DNA of 64,000 nt from a virus, in UHGV virus genome UHGV-0033546; one strand, written 5' to 3'. Position numbers and translations under genes: made by a program. Every line of letters begins with the position of its first letter. The first letter of the stretch is position 1. Below the pieces are notes generated by a model. That model was given only the letters and a program-made list of their open reading frames with translations. It was not told the DNA's origin and searched no databases. This document shows, piece after piece, positions 20,086 to 30,587 of the stretch.

Positions 20086-20347
20086 TTAAACTTTCCTTTT
20101 TACCACTAAGATAAGCGTTATACACTTTAAGAGTACCATAGTAAATTCGATCATTTTCATCTAAAGAATTACGATCAAGTTCATCGAGCTCCTTTTTATC
20201 CATGACTATAATATCATTGCAGTAAAGAAACCCAAGTTTTTCGTGACCAAACTCAAATTTATTGCAGTACACAATATTAGCATGATGGTTTCCGTGCAGT
20301 TTAATCTCTTTTATGTCGGAATCACCGATATTCATACAATAAATCAT
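20018..20347 (-). CDS. Hypothetical protein (109 aa)
   Basis: ORF; start overlaps upstream gene. Confidence 0.5.
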   Translation of the reverse strand: MIYCMNIGDSDIKEIKLHGNHHANIVYCNKFEFGHEKLGFLYCNDIIVMDKKELDELDRNSLDENDRIYYGTLKVYNAYLSGKKESLNAENESGATETISDSDIYPIEQ

Positions 20348-20357
20348 AATTTTTCCT

Positions 20358-20380
20358 TAAAACAAAAGGGCCGAAGCCCC
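20358..20380 (-). terminator. UUCG-tetraloop hairpin with U-tract
   Basis: minus strand GGGGCTTCGGCCC followed by TTTTGTTTT. Confidence 0.55.
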
Positions 20381-20385
20381 TTATT

Positions 20386-20580
20386 TTATTTGAATTGTGC
20401 AATTCTTTTCTCTAAACAATCTGCGTAAGATTTCATTGAGATGAACTGTGAAAGCAGCAGTTCTTGCTCAACTGCACTAACTGTTAGAAACTTTGTGCTT
20501 TCTAAAAATTTACTCAGTGCATTAATTTTGAGCAGCAATTGATCGTATTCTTCTTTTACTCGTGCTTGATAACCTAACAT
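20386..20580 (-). CDS. Hypothetical protein (64 aa)
   Basis: ORF between rIIB and denB region. Confidence 0.5.
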   Translation of the reverse strand: MLGYQARVKEEYDQLLLKINALSKFLESTKFLTVSAVEQELLLSQFISMKSYADCLEKRIAQFK

Positions 20581-20608
20581 AATTTTCCTTAGTTAAGGGC
20601 CGAAGCCC

Positions 20609-21547
20609 TTATTTAAATTGTTCAGTAACGTCTTCAACTACTTCGTATTGGCAGGTACGCATTTTAGCATCGTTGTAATCAATCGGAATTGATACTACAT
20701 CGCGAGGATGCACTTTAACTTTTACAACTCGGCTGGTTGAACTGCCAAAGTGACGAATATAAGATTTAGAACACACATGCAGACCACGAGAACAAGTCTG
20801 TGTATCATCGTCATTCACACGAGTACGTGGCATTTTAACTACTTTACCCGGACTGTTATCAAAGGTATTTGAGTGACAGTCAAAGTAATTGCTGCGAACT
20901 ACTTTCCAAGCATAGAAGTAGCCGTCTTCTGTAATTTCAATATCGTTTGCTACCAAGAAATCAAAGAGTCGAGATACCGCTTTTTGGCTCGGGTTTTCCA
21001 ACAGATTTTCCAAGAATGGAAAATAAAATTCAAAGTTTTCGCCTTTTTCCATCGAGTCAAGAATACGATCAACTAAACCAGATCGCAATTCAATATTTTG
21101 ATAGAACAAGCTTCCACCTTCAATTCGAACATCACCGGAAATATATTTTTCAACAGCGCGACGAACGTTAATTTTTTGTGCAGCTTCTTCCAACTTATCT
21201 GCAACAAGCAGATTAAGAATTTCCTGGAAGTTTGAATGAGTATTAGGAGTTGCGTTATAAGTTACACCGTCAACAGTAATTGAAATGAATTTTTTAGATG
21301 CATTCCAAATAATGTCAGATTTAGTAACTGGAGCAATAACTGCATCGCTATTAACTTTAACTGTAATATCACCGCTAATAGTAACTTTAGAGTGTTCAGC
21401 TTCTTCAGCATTTTTCAAAACACGACGGATTGTGTCCACCGATACACCTTGCCAATCAGCCAATTCCTGTTGGGTGTAATTACCACTTGAATACAGTTTA
21501 ACAATTTCAGCTTGTTCGTTTTTGGTGAGGCATTTAATATTGTACAT
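20609..21547 (-). CDS. rIIB: rIIB protein
   Basis: 312-aa ORF, T4 rIIB length, directly downstream of rIIA. Confidence 0.9.
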   Translation of the reverse strand: MYNIKCLTKNEQAEIVKLYSSGNYTQQELADWQGVSVDTIRRVLKNAEEAEHSKVTISGDITVKVNSDAVIAPVTKSDIIWNASKKFISITVDGVTYNATPNTHSNFQEILNLLVADKLEEAAQKINVRRAVEKYISGDVRIEGGSLFYQNIELRSGLVDRILDSMEKGENFEFYFPFLENLLENPSQKAVSRLFDFLVANDIEITEDGYFYAWKVVRSNYFDCHSNTFDNSPGKVVKMPRTRVNDDDTQTCSRGLHVCSKSYIRHFGSSTSRVVKVKVHPRDVVSIPIDYNDAKMRTCQYEVVEDVTEQFK

Positions 21548-21558
21548 AATTTTCCTTA

Positions 21559-23736
21559 TTAGGCCGCAAGGGCCTTCATAGTTTTAGCGATTTGGGAAAC
21601 TTCATCATCACTTAAAGAGTTGCGATAACCGATGAAGTCGGAAACAATACGGAATTTCTTGGTAAACTCAGCAACCATTTTATCACTGTTTTTTGAAGCA
21701 TTATTTGATAATACATCAAAAAGATTAGTTACTGTCCAGATGTCATGACCGATGGTACCTTTTCCACCGTTGAAATATATACCCTGCAATGAACTAACCA
21801 TATTACCAAGGCGAGTATATTCTTCAGAAACTTCATCTACACTGAAGTACTTCATCATAAAATCGAGTTCAGGATACTTAATAATTTTATCAATATATCG
21901 TTTAGCTGAACTTGAATAACCTACATACTTATCATAATCTACAGCATCAAAAGCATCTACATATAAATCACGCAGAGTTTCAAAAATACATTGGCACTGA
22001 TCAAGTTCTTTTACCTTTTTCTGCAAAAGCGGACGAATAACATAAAATTTATTAATGCCAATAAGATTAGCCATACGAATCAAAATATTCATAGATGGAT
22101 GACAAAGAGATGTAGTACCATCCATAGAAAAAATATCAGAACGATGCATATACGCTACATACCCAGTAATTTCATCTGCTTCTGATGTGAGCGTAAATAA
22201 TTCCTCTTTTTCCCAGCGCCCGTCTTTAATTTCAAACTTAAATGCAGTGGCAGCTTTAGGACGAGGAGCTTTACTTTTAACTACCTTCGGAATATAACTT
22301 TTAACTAAAGCTTCAATTTCTGACAAATAATGAATGTTAACTTCATCACTTTCAAACATTGCCATAATATCAGGGAGTAAATCAATCTGCGATTCTACTT
22401 CCGGATTAATAAACAGAAGACGCTCATTATGATGAATATTCAAAGTGTTGTTAAATTCTTTATCATCTAACGCATGCGCTAATCCACGGACAATATTAAC
22501 ACGATTTTTAATATTATCAATAACAATATTAATTTTTGTTGTATTAATACCAAACAGACGATAACTTGATGCAACGGCTGAAGTTTCATGACTTTGCTTA
22601 ATGCGTTTCAGTCGAGGGTCAAGATTTACTTCATACACAACTCCTGCATTGCATAACTTACTGTCAGGTTCAAACATGCTTTGCATTTTCTTATATGACA
22701 GATTTTTAGTCGTGAATTTGACTGAATTACTAATCATATAATCTCGAGCAGAATATCCCATCTTCATCAATTCACGGTATGTATGACGAGGAGATGTAGA
22801 TTCTTTAAATCGTTTTACATCTTCATTGAATGCCTTCTCACTAAGCTCTTTAACACGCTCAATAATATTTTTACGAGTACGATCATCTAGTGAAAGAGCC
22901 TCGCGAGATGGAGCAATATCAAGTGAACCCATTGGAAACTTAATATAATTCACTTCATTGCGAATGCTTAGCCAGTTACGGTCTCTAATAACACCATCGA
23001 TAGGATAAACAATACCACCATAGATAGCGTACAATCCACCACGATCTGGCCAGTATCTTTCTGGATTTACGCCGTAATAATCATCGAAATCCGGAAAATA
23101 ATCAATTTCGCGGTCAAGACCATTAATGATAGCCAAATCTTTGAACGGTCGCATGATATAAGAAACTTCATAAGCAAAGTTTCTAAAGTCTTTTTCTTCA
23201 ACTGGAACTACGATTTCAATACCAGTTTTATCATCTGGACCCATTTCTTTTACGAATGTAGGTTTAATCTGCGGCCCGTCACCATCCATGTAAGCTACAT
23301 AACCACGAATTTCACCTTTATGATATGAAGTAATACTAAATGTATCAGTATAACTAAACGGAGATTTAGAACCTAAACCAAACCCACCAATGAAATCGTT
23401 AGATTCAGCCTTAGATGAACTAAAGTATGAATTATACAACCCGGGAGAATTATCATCACCTTGAATATCAAAATCACTCATACCCGGACCAAAATCTCGA
23501 CAAACAAATCGCGGATCTAATCGTCCTGGAACTTGTACGATAAATTTTTCAGGATTTCCATTGAGAGCATGGGCATCAATCATGTTGGTAATCAATTCAC
23601 GGACTACTGCGCGAATCTTGTTTGTATACAAATCAGATGACAGAATTTTAAATACTTTAGGAGATGCTGTGATGCTAAATGCTTTTGATTTAGAACCATT
23701 ACCAAGAATTGTTTCTTTTTCAGTGGTGATAATCAT
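21559..23736 (-). CDS. rIIA: rIIA protein
   Basis: 725-aa ORF, T4 rIIA length; N-terminal GHKL-type ATPase-like region. Confidence 0.95.
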   Translation of the reverse strand: MIITTEKETILGNGSKSKAFSITASPKVFKILSSDLYTNKIRAVVRELITNMIDAHALNGNPEKFIVQVPGRLDPRFVCRDFGPGMSDFDIQGDDNSPGLYNSYFSSSKAESNDFIGGFGLGSKSPFSYTDTFSITSYHKGEIRGYVAYMDGDGPQIKPTFVKEMGPDDKTGIEIVVPVEEKDFRNFAYEVSYIMRPFKDLAIINGLDREIDYFPDFDDYYGVNPERYWPDRGGLYAIYGGIVYPIDGVIRDRNWLSIRNEVNYIKFPMGSLDIAPSREALSLDDRTRKNIIERVKELSEKAFNEDVKRFKESTSPRHTYRELMKMGYSARDYMISNSVKFTTKNLSYKKMQSMFEPDSKLCNAGVVYEVNLDPRLKRIKQSHETSAVASSYRLFGINTTKINIVIDNIKNRVNIVRGLAHALDDKEFNNTLNIHHNERLLFINPEVESQIDLLPDIMAMFESDEVNIHYLSEIEALVKSYIPKVVKSKAPRPKAATAFKFEIKDGRWEKEELFTLTSEADEITGYVAYMHRSDIFSMDGTTSLCHPSMNILIRMANLIGINKFYVIRPLLQKKVKELDQCQCIFETLRDLYVDAFDAVDYDKYVGYSSSAKRYIDKIIKYPELDFMMKYFSVDEVSEEYTRLGNMVSSLQGIYFNGGKGTIGHDIWTVTNLFDVLSNNASKNSDKMVAEFTKKFRIVSDFIGYRNSLSDDEVSQIAKTMKALAA

Positions 23737-23746
23737 AATTTCCTCA

Positions 23747-23950
23747 TTAATTCATATTACGCTTAATAACTTCAGCAACTTCTAGTAATTCATCTTTAGT
23801 TGCAGTGTCGGATTGAATTCTATCTCTAATATCTTTAAAGCGGTTTTTAAATTCTTCTGCTTCTCCCATATCGAAAAAGCGTTGAATGATTCTATATTCT
23901 CGATGAACTGCTTTATCAAAAAGTTCTAAATTTACTCTGTATGATTTCAT
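23747..23950 (-). CDS. Hypothetical protein rIIA.1-like (67 aa)
   Basis: ORF between promoter and rIIA. Confidence 0.55.
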   Translation of the reverse strand: MKSYRVNLELFDKAVHREYRIIQRFFDMGEAEEFKNRFKDIRDRIQSDTATKDELLEVAEVIKRNMN

Positions 23951-23975
23951 TTCAATATCCTCATTTGCCCAATTA

Positions 23976-24005
23976 ATTATACCACATCCTTGTGGTAAAG
24001 TAAAC
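23976..24005 (-). promoter_or_regulatory. T4-type early promoter for the rIIA unit
   Basis: minus strand GTTTAC-N18-TATAAT. Confidence 0.6.
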
Positions 24006-25825
24006 TACTGGCTCATCCATTCTTTACGAAGGTCAGCATTATCTCCCATGAGCATTTCAAAAAGTTCTTTCCAATTCTCAGGAAGTTTAACAACATCATA
24101 TACTGGGTTTTGAATCATCTCACGATATTCAGATTTTTCCAAAGAGCCAAGTCCCTTAATATAACGGATGCTATGTTTAGGTAGAGCATCTTTGGCACTC
24201 TCATATTCAGCGACTGTATAAAACCATTCTTGTTTTTTACCGACCTGAGCGATGATTACAGGAGTTTTGACGAAACGAATTCTTCCTTGTTCAAACAGTT
24301 CTGGCCAATTACTAAAAAATCCGAGCAGAGAAGGATAAATGCTTCCTAGACCATCGTGATCAGCATCGGTCATAATAGCAATATTATGATAATTCAAGTT
24401 TTCAGCCTTTTCACCAAGAACTAATCCAGTGATTGCGCAAATATCAAACAGTTCTTTGTTTTTAAGCATATCAGCATATGACATACCCCAACTGTTAAGA
24501 ACTTTACCACGCAATGGATAACCACCATGAAGTTCTTTATCACGAACATCAATAAGATATCCGATAGCAGAATCACCCTCAGTCAAGAAAAGAGTCGTGT
24601 CAGCATCTTTACCACAAAGATTCGCTTTAATATGTTTATGAACCTTAGCTTTAGAAGCCTTTTTAGCTGCTTTAGTTTCTGCTGCCTTTTCTGCCGCCAA
24701 TTTACGAGCTAATGCTGCTTCAATAATTGGCATTAAAATTGCTTCATTATTTAGAATAGCGCGTGAAATCTTTTTAGCATCAAGTTGAATATGGCTACGG
24801 ATTTCACCAAATGGAGAAGTCAAACGCTCTTTAGTTTGAGAATCAAATCGCATGTTTTTCATATCACGAACAAACATAACGATAGTCAAACATTCTTTAA
24901 CACGTGCTTTAGTTACATCAATTTTGAACTTACGTTTGATTTGTGGAATAAGGTCTTCACAAATATCATCCATAACGCAGTCAATGTGATGGCCACCATT
25001 CTTAGTATGAATGTTATTGACGTATGTTAATTGACGAAAACCATCCGGTGAACGACCAACCGCAATAGAACAATTTTCTTGTTCTTGAACGATAGCGTGC
25101 TCATCATATTGGCGTGCGTATTTCTTAAAATTACCCTGAACCTTTTTACCATTAAAGGTAAATTGAATATCAGGATAAACTACCGCAAGTGTCTGGAGAC
25201 GATCTAGTGTAATGTCAAGATAAACCTGAGACAGCTCATTAGTTTCAAATGACATAAAATCAGGAATGAAAGTAACACGAGTTCCTTTCCATTTTCCAGG
25301 AATAGTTTCCCATGATTTATTTTCCATGCCATTTGAACAACGAACTACAATATTATTTTGACCATCACCAGTTTCACCGACAAACATCACAGAAAAAATA
25401 TTTGTCAAACTAGAACCAACACCATTCATACCGCCAGTGACGCGTTCTTTATCATCACCAAAGTTACCACCAGCTTTTGGAATAGTCCAGGCAGCAACAG
25501 GACCAGGAATTTCTTCACCAGTAGGTGTTTTAACCATCGCTTGTGGAATACCGCGACCGTTATCTTCAACTGTTACTTGATTGTTTTTAATAGTAACATT
25601 AATTTTATTTGCGAATTTAAACTTAGTACGAATACCTTCATCTACTGAGTTATCGATAATTTCATCAATAAGCTTAACAAGACCAGGTACATACTGAACA
25701 CTTTCCCATTTACCAAACAGAAAGCGCTCATGCATTTCATTAGCTGAAGAGCCAATGTACATGCCGCTACGCTTTTTGATATGTTCAATATCGCTCAGAA
25801 TTTTAATTTCATTCTTAATCATCAC
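24005..25825 (-). CDS. 39: DNA topoisomerase II large subunit gp39 (GyrB-like), unsplit
   Basis: 606-aa continuous ORF with GHKL ATPase and TOPRIM regions; no gene 60 split. Confidence 0.95.
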   Translation of the reverse strand: MMIKNEIKILSDIEHIKKRSGMYIGSSANEMHERFLFGKWESVQYVPGLVKLIDEIIDNSVDEGIRTKFKFANKINVTIKNNQVTVEDNGRGIPQAMVKTPTGEEIPGPVAAWTIPKAGGNFGDDKERVTGGMNGVGSSLTNIFSVMFVGETGDGQNNIVVRCSNGMENKSWETIPGKWKGTRVTFIPDFMSFETNELSQVYLDITLDRLQTLAVVYPDIQFTFNGKKVQGNFKKYARQYDEHAIVQEQENCSIAVGRSPDGFRQLTYVNNIHTKNGGHHIDCVMDDICEDLIPQIKRKFKIDVTKARVKECLTIVMFVRDMKNMRFDSQTKERLTSPFGEIRSHIQLDAKKISRAILNNEAILMPIIEAALARKLAAEKAAETKAAKKASKAKVHKHIKANLCGKDADTTLFLTEGDSAIGYLIDVRDKELHGGYPLRGKVLNSWGMSYADMLKNKELFDICAITGLVLGEKAENLNYHNIAIMTDADHDGLGSIYPSLLGFFSNWPELFEQGRIRFVKTPVIIAQVGKKQEWFYTVAEYESAKDALPKHSIRYIKGLGSLEKSEYREMIQNPVYDVVKLPENWKELFEMLMGDNADLRKEWMSQ

Positions 25826-25849
25826 TTATCCTCGTTTGGTTTCGGGAAT

Positions 25850-25876
25850 ATTATACTCCGGTAATCATAAAGCTAA
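25850..25876 (-). promoter_or_regulatory. Middle-promoter-like element upstream of gene 39
   Basis: minus strand TTAGCTTTA (one mismatch to MotA box TGCTTTA) -N12- TATAAT. Confidence 0.4.
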
Positions 25877-25891
25877 AGGCCCGAAGGCCTT

Positions 25892-26161
25892 TTATTTAAA
25901 ACGGATAGTCGAATCCTTGAAGAATAGACCAGAACATACGGTTCCTTCTACTTTCTGCCCGGTAGGTCCAATAGCACGAAATCCAGTATGTTGGAAATCA
26001 TTTTCAGAGCAACCGAACCAATTGTATCCAGTGATTTCAATATTAGTAAAACCGCTTGAAGACAAAACTCTAGTTGCGTTATCAGCATCAGTACATCCTG
26101 CTAAAGACACCGCTAATACTAATGCTGCGATAGAACGATTAATATATTTCATAGTTTTCAC
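25892..26161 (-). CDS. Predicted lipoprotein (about 85 aa)
   Basis: signal peptide with lipobox LAGC near the N-terminus. Confidence 0.55.
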   Translation of the reverse strand: MKTMKYINRSIAALVLAVSLAGCTDADNATRVLSSSGFTNIEITGYNWFGCSENDFQHTGFRAIGPTGQKVEGTVCSGLFFKDSTIRFK

Positions 26162-26532
26162 TTAAATTTAATTGCTTGAAGGAGACTAATAATTCTCAAG
26201 CGACTTCCTTCATCTTTAACTGTAAAGGAAAGAGGGTCACCAGATTTCATAGTGATAGTGCATTCAAAATCAAAACCTTCGGGAACTTCTTCGAAGAAGT
26301 CAAATTCTTCATCATAAATTAAAACTTCACTCCGCAGACTGTGAAGAATTTTTCCAGCATTTCTGCTAGTTGCTGTACTAATCATTGTAACATTATGACC
26401 TTTCATATCTTCAACGATAAATTCGCTTGTAGATATTACGGCATTAATAGAACCATTCCTATTACTAGCAGAAAGTAGATATTTCTTTTCTTCGCCTTCG
26501 CGAATACGATATTTCTTACCGATTTTAAACAT
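26158..26532 (-). CDS. Hypothetical protein (124 aa)
   Basis: ORF. Confidence 0.5.
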   Translation of the reverse strand: MFKIGKKYRIREGEEKKYLLSASNRNGSINAVISTSEFIVEDMKGHNVTMISTATSRNAGKILHSLRSEVLIYDEEFDFFEEVPEGFDFECTITMKSGDPLSFTVKDEGSRLRIISLLQAIKFK

Positions 26533-26534
26533 AA

Positions 26535-26711
26535 TTACCCTTTAAGTAAGTCGTAAAATCCACCATTCACATGCTTAGGAGCGGAAGGCCGACGAGTAGA
26601 CAGACGATGACATTTAGGGCAAACATCATTTTCTCGTTCAGAAATCTTTTTAATTTTTTCATATTCATGCCCGCAATCTTCGGATTGGCATTTATAATCA
26701 TACATCGGCAT
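26535..26711 (-). CDS. Zinc-ribbon protein (58 aa, FmdB-like CxxC..CxxC)
   Basis: MPMYDYKCQSEDCGHEY...CPKCH; below ORF-track cutoff. Confidence 0.5.
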   Translation of the reverse strand: MPMYDYKCQSEDCGHEYEKIKKISERENDVCPKCHRLSTRRPSAPKHVNGGFYDLLKG

Positions 26712-26713
26712 AA

Positions 26714-27118
26714 TTATTCCTTAAAATGAGCTTTCAACATCTGATACAAGGACCATGCCTGTTCATTATTTTCAATAGTAACTTTCATGACCGGGAATTC
26801 TGTGAAATCTTCTATTTGTTCTTGCTCTTCAGCTGCCTGATATGGGTTTTCCACTTCATCAAAGAACCCAGCTTCGTTAGTAGAAAGCCAAATAAAGTTT
26901 TCGTCAAGGATATCACCATGTGTTGCATATCCAATTGTGCCAGTAGATGTCACAATTTTAGTAGGACGACCAAGATGGTCAACATCTAAAATTTTAAAAG
27001 GATGCATACCTAAACGGCGTGCATAAATTCCGTTATCAGTATGGTCTTTAATAAAATTTTCTTGAGCTTGTTTATTTTTAAATTGATACCATTTATTAAC
27101 TTCAAATTTAATAGCCAT
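26714..27118 (-). CDS. Hypothetical protein (134 aa)
   Basis: ORF. Confidence 0.5.
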   Translation of the reverse strand: MAIKFEVNKWYQFKNKQAQENFIKDHTDNGIYARRLGMHPFKILDVDHLGRPTKIVTSTGTIGYATHGDILDENFIWLSTNEAGFFDEVENPYQAAEEQEQIEDFTEFPVMKVTIENNEQAWSLYQMLKAHFKE

Positions 27119-27333
27119 TAATAAATTTCCTTCCAGTAAGTTGTGCCATCTTCAGTAATTTCACGAAATACACCGTAAATTGGTTGTTTATCATCAACCT
27201 TTTCATACACATAAACTGAAGTCAAGTGAGTAAACTTAGCAGTGTGTTCCTTTTGAACTACTACCAAATCTGGATCGAATAATACATCTTCAAATTCGTC
27301 ATTAGTGCAATTCTGAACCGTTTTATGTTTCAT
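27118..27333 (-). CDS. Hypothetical protein (71 aa)
   Basis: ORF. Confidence 0.45.
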   Translation of the reverse strand: MKHKTVQNCTNDEFEDVLFDPDLVVVQKEHTAKFTHLTSVYVYEKVDDKQPIYGVFREITEDGTTYWKEIY

Positions 27334-27346
27334 TACAATTTCCTCA

Positions 27347-27628
27347 TTAATTGAACAGTGGAGCGATGCGTTTCAGAAGAGTAGCAGCACCTTTGGCGAA
27401 TTTTACATCATGAAAAACAGTTTCTTCTTCCGTTACAACACGAGCTTTAATGTTTTCACAATCCCAATTTTTGCGAACAATCTTCAAAAGCTGCAGTAAA
27501 TCTTTACATTCAGCAATATCGATAACACATCCACGAGAATCTTCCATTATCGCACGATAACCATAAGCCATACCATAATCGTTGAAAGATTGCTCGATGA
27601 TAATTAAGTTTTCCATTTTATTCTCCAA
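27347..27628 (-). CDS. Hypothetical protein (93 aa)
   Basis: ORF. Confidence 0.5.
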   Translation of the reverse strand: MENKMENLIIIEQSFNDYGMAYGYRAIMEDSRGCVIDIAECKDLLQLLKIVRKNWDCENIKARVVTEEETVFHDVKFAKGAATLLKRIAPLFN

Positions 27629-27714
27629 GTTGTTTTCTATATCAGTAGTTGATATTGATATAGTACCATAATCAACTACTGATGTATATAGTTTTATGAA
27701 AAAAATTTTAAACT

Positions 27715-28212
27715 TTATGCACAGCGAGCTCGGCTATAATGTTTAATCCAACTTTCAGGAATGACTTTGTATGTTCCTAAAAATACCACGTTATACAGCT
27801 TAACACCATCTTCTACCCATTGATCAGTAATGTATGCACACATAGCGCGAGTACGATGTTTTTGAACAACCCCTTCCTCATCTTCAGTAAATTCGAATTC
27901 ATAAGGAGCAACGAACTTAATAGCCTGACCGAGTTTCCACTTAAAGTCTACACCTACATGCGAAGTATCAATCGTCTCAATTCCTTTAGCGGGAACAGCT
28001 TTCAAAAACGCAGATTCAAGAAATTTCGCACGAACATAGCCAAACTGAGGTTTAGACTTTCCATCTTTAGGAATGATACGCACTTTTACTTCAGAATCTT
28101 CATCTTTAACGCCATGTTTGAGCTGAATGCTTACAATTTCGACCAATTTTCCTGCTGCTTTAGAACGGGATTTATCAGATACACGAGCAATTTCACCAAT
28201 ATTAATAATCAT
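27715..28212 (-). CDS. MotB-like early protein (165 aa)
   Basis: position matches T4 motB; C-terminal motif ITDQWVEDGVKLYNVVF shared with the next ORF. Confidence 0.5.
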   Translation of the reverse strand: MIINIGEIARVSDKSRSKAAGKLVEIVSIQLKHGVKDEDSEVKVRIIPKDGKSKPQFGYVRAKFLESAFLKAVPAKGIETIDTSHVGVDFKWKLGQAIKFVAPYEFEFTEDEEGVVQKHRTRAMCAYITDQWVEDGVKLYNVVFLGTYKVIPESWIKHYSRARCA

Positions 28213-28255
28213 AGTTATCTCTCACTTGTTAAAAAGATTTATACTCCACAGGACC

Positions 28256-28285
28256 ATTATACTCTGGTCCCAAGAGTTTGTAAAC
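28256..28285 (-). promoter_or_regulatory. T4-type early promoter
   Basis: minus strand GTTTAC-N18-TATAAT. Confidence 0.6.
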
Positions 28286-28287
28286 TA

Positions 28288-28830
28288 TTAATTCAAAATA
28301 GCTACCACCGCACTACGGGGTACTACACTAAAATCACCTGCATGAACAACGTTCAGGAGTTCAACACCATCTTCAATCCACTGGTCTGTTACCCAACCAC
28401 AGACCGAAATAAATGGGGTCTTGATAGCTACAGCACGAGTCAAAAGGTCAGTGGGATCGCATTCTTGGAAGAGGATAAACTCTGCTTCAAAGACTATAGT
28501 TTTAATTACTTCATCATTATCTAAGCGTTGTGCTCGAATCACGTAAGCTTTATTCTTATCATGCCAATTACTTTTTGAAAAACTTTTAACCACAAACTCG
28601 CCTTCACCGAAAGCATCAGTCAATGCTTTATAACCCAAATTTAGTTCAGCAGTTTTAATTTCAGTTTCAACCAGTTTGTATGTTTTGCCAGTTTCGATGG
28701 TCCGAGCAGTCATAAATGTTTCCTTAATTTCTAATGGTTTAACAAGAGTGCCGTACATGCTTGCTATATCCATATCAAACGGTTTATCTACAGGATTCGG
28801 CGTGTATTCAGGATTATAATTAAATTTCAT
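28288..28830 (-). CDS. Paralogue of the MotB-like protein (180 aa)
   Basis: C-terminal VTDQWIEDGVELLNVVH aligns with the ORF at 27715-28212. Confidence 0.5.
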   Translation of the reverse strand: MKFNYNPEYTPNPVDKPFDMDIASMYGTLVKPLEIKETFMTARTIETGKTYKLVETEIKTAELNLGYKALTDAFGEGEFVVKSFSKSNWHDKNKAYVIRAQRLDNDEVIKTIVFEAEFILFQECDPTDLLTRAVAIKTPFISVCGWVTDQWIEDGVELLNVVHAGDFSVVPRSAVVAILN

Positions 28831-28832
28831 AA

Positions 28833-29345
28833 TTATCTCATTTCAATAAAATCTACAAGTTCAGCATGGGATTTACGGAACATTACTTGATGCCCACCAA
28901 TGATAACTTCATCTTCAGGAACTTCATAAATCGCAATGTACATTCCACGATCTTTTAAGTCTTCACGCTCTTCTCGAGTGAACCATCTCATCATATCATA
29001 TTCACTAGCGAAAGCAAAATGATATAATGCAATAAACCACAATGGAATGTAATTTTCAAATCGTGAATAATCTTTATTCCATTTAGTTTTAATAGCATCA
29101 TTAGCATTTTCAACTAATAACTTATCATCGTGTGGAATAGGAATACTTTCATGGCTTTCATAATTATCGCTATGATGATGAAATGACGATGAATTAATAC
29201 CGCAAAATTTTAGCCAAGTTCGAGTTTTCATAGAATCAAATCCACGATAAGGAGTTGATTGAACGCATAACTCTTGCCTAATTTTCACTATACCACTATC
29301 ATCGTTTAATGCGCTAAACGATGATTCAACACGATAAATTTTCAT
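28833..29345 (-). CDS. Hypothetical protein (170 aa)
   Basis: start moved to MKIYRV downstream of the promoter. Confidence 0.5.
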   Translation of the reverse strand: MKIYRVESSFSALNDDSGIVKIRQELCVQSTPYRGFDSMKTRTWLKFCGINSSSFHHHSDNYESHESIPIPHDDKLLVENANDAIKTKWNKDYSRFENYIPLWFIALYHFAFASEYDMMRWFTREEREDLKDRGMYIAIYEVPEDEVIIGGHQVMFRKSHAELVDFIEMR

Positions 29346-29372
29346 TTTATTATCCTCAGTAGCTATGGTGTT

Positions 29373-29402
29373 ATAATACCACAACTAACTGAGGAAGTAA
29401 AC
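29373..29402 (-). promoter_or_regulatory. T4-type early promoter
   Basis: minus strand GTTTAC-N18-TATTAT. Confidence 0.55.
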
Positions 29403-29408
29403 AACTTT

Positions 29409-30092
29409 TTATCGTTTTGTTGGAAGAGATAGAGGATCGCACTCTTCCTCTGACGGAGCATCTTCAAGACCCATAGCATATCGCAAAGCATACTTCATCA
29501 TCAGGATGTCTTTCGCACAGTCATGAATAGAATCATGTGCAACGAATCCATTTAAGGTTCCCTTTGGAAGAGGACATGTGGTCATATCACGAACAAGCAG
29601 AAGTGCTTCAATTCTGGTACGAATATCACGTTGATTCCAGAATTTACAAGGTTCTAACTTAAATGTATCAAGCTCATTCTCGGAAACGCCGTTAAGACGT
29701 TGAATATCGCGAATGAGATCGACTAAAATTGGAAAATCAAACGACATTCCACGGCACCAGCCTTGAGATTTCCAAGGATCGATGTTATGTGCGTTGATGT
29801 AATCATTAAATTTTGCAATACCATCGATAGTGCTTACATCTTCATCTGATGGTGCAATATTTTTTCGAGCTTCAGGAGATTGATTTTTCCACCATTCGAT
29901 AGTGCTTTTAGTAAAAAGACGTTGTCCTTTTTGGCTTTTTAAATCAAATTTGATTTTAATGCCACGTGAAACTAATTCATCGAATGTTTCAACTACTTCT
30001 GGATTAGGGTCAAAGGCAATAACGGCCAAATCAATAACCGCTGCTTTTTCACCACTTCCCATTGTTTCAAAATCTATAATAAAATCAAACAT
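29409..30092 (-). CDS. dexA: Exonuclease A DexA
   Basis: 227-aa ORF, T4 DexA length; DEDD-like N-terminus. Confidence 0.85.
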   Translation of the reverse strand: MFDFIIDFETMGSGEKAAVIDLAVIAFDPNPEVVETFDELVSRGIKIKFDLKSQKGQRLFTKSTIEWWKNQSPEARKNIAPSDEDVSTIDGIAKFNDYINAHNIDPWKSQGWCRGMSFDFPILVDLIRDIQRLNGVSENELDTFKLEPCKFWNQRDIRTRIEALLLVRDMTTCPLPKGTLNGFVAHDSIHDCAKDILMMKYALRYAMGLEDAPSEEECDPLSLPTKR

Positions 30093-30367
30093 TAAATTTT
30101 CCTCGCTAAATCACGAATTTGACCTACAGTATAATCTTGGATATAAACTTTATTAATGGGCTCATCAATAAATTTTGCCATAGATTCAATATCTTTTTGT
30201 ATCTCTTCAAGACTGTATACTATCTTTAAAGCTTTTTCGCGAATAGTAACATTATCAGGTCCTGGATTTTCTTGAATGACAGCTTTGACATTTGTCATAA
30301 GAGATTTAAACTGGTACCAATTTAATTCAATCATTAATAACCGCCTTATAAAGATGGCTAATTTCAC
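30092..30367 (-). CDS. Hypothetical protein (91 aa)
   Basis: ORF; paralogous to the next ORF. Confidence 0.5.
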   Translation of the reverse strand: MKLAIFIRRLLMIELNWYQFKSLMTNVKAVIQENPGPDNVTIREKALKIVYSLEEIQKDIESMAKFIDEPINKVYIQDYTVGQIRDLARKI

Positions 30368-30587
30368 CTAAAACATAATCACTGATTGTAACAGTTTTCA
30401 CTTCACCACAAAAGAATTCTAGAGCAATTAAGTCTCGTTCAATTTCTTCCAATTGAAGCATCAACTTGCCCGATTTAATTTTTACATTTGTACGATTTTT
30501 ACTATAAGCTATTTCATAAATTTCGCTAACTTTATCCTGAAGAAGATAAAACTGATCTTTAGTTATTTCCACGAATAGCTTCCTCAA
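30327..30587 (-). CDS. Hypothetical protein (86 aa)
   Basis: ORF; shares LEEI..D...........I.DY..G.I..L pattern with 30092-30367. Confidence 0.5.
   Translation of the reverse strand: MRKLFVEITKDQFYLLQDKVSEIYEIAYSKNRTNVKIKSGKLMLQLEEIERDLIALEFFCGEVKTVTISDYVLGEISHLYKAVIND

Noticed and set aside
27820-28524. 234-aa plus-strand ORF
   Set aside because: Antisense to two supported minus-strand genes and spans their intergenic promoter; Phe/Asn/Ile-rich composition typical of AT-rich antisense frames.
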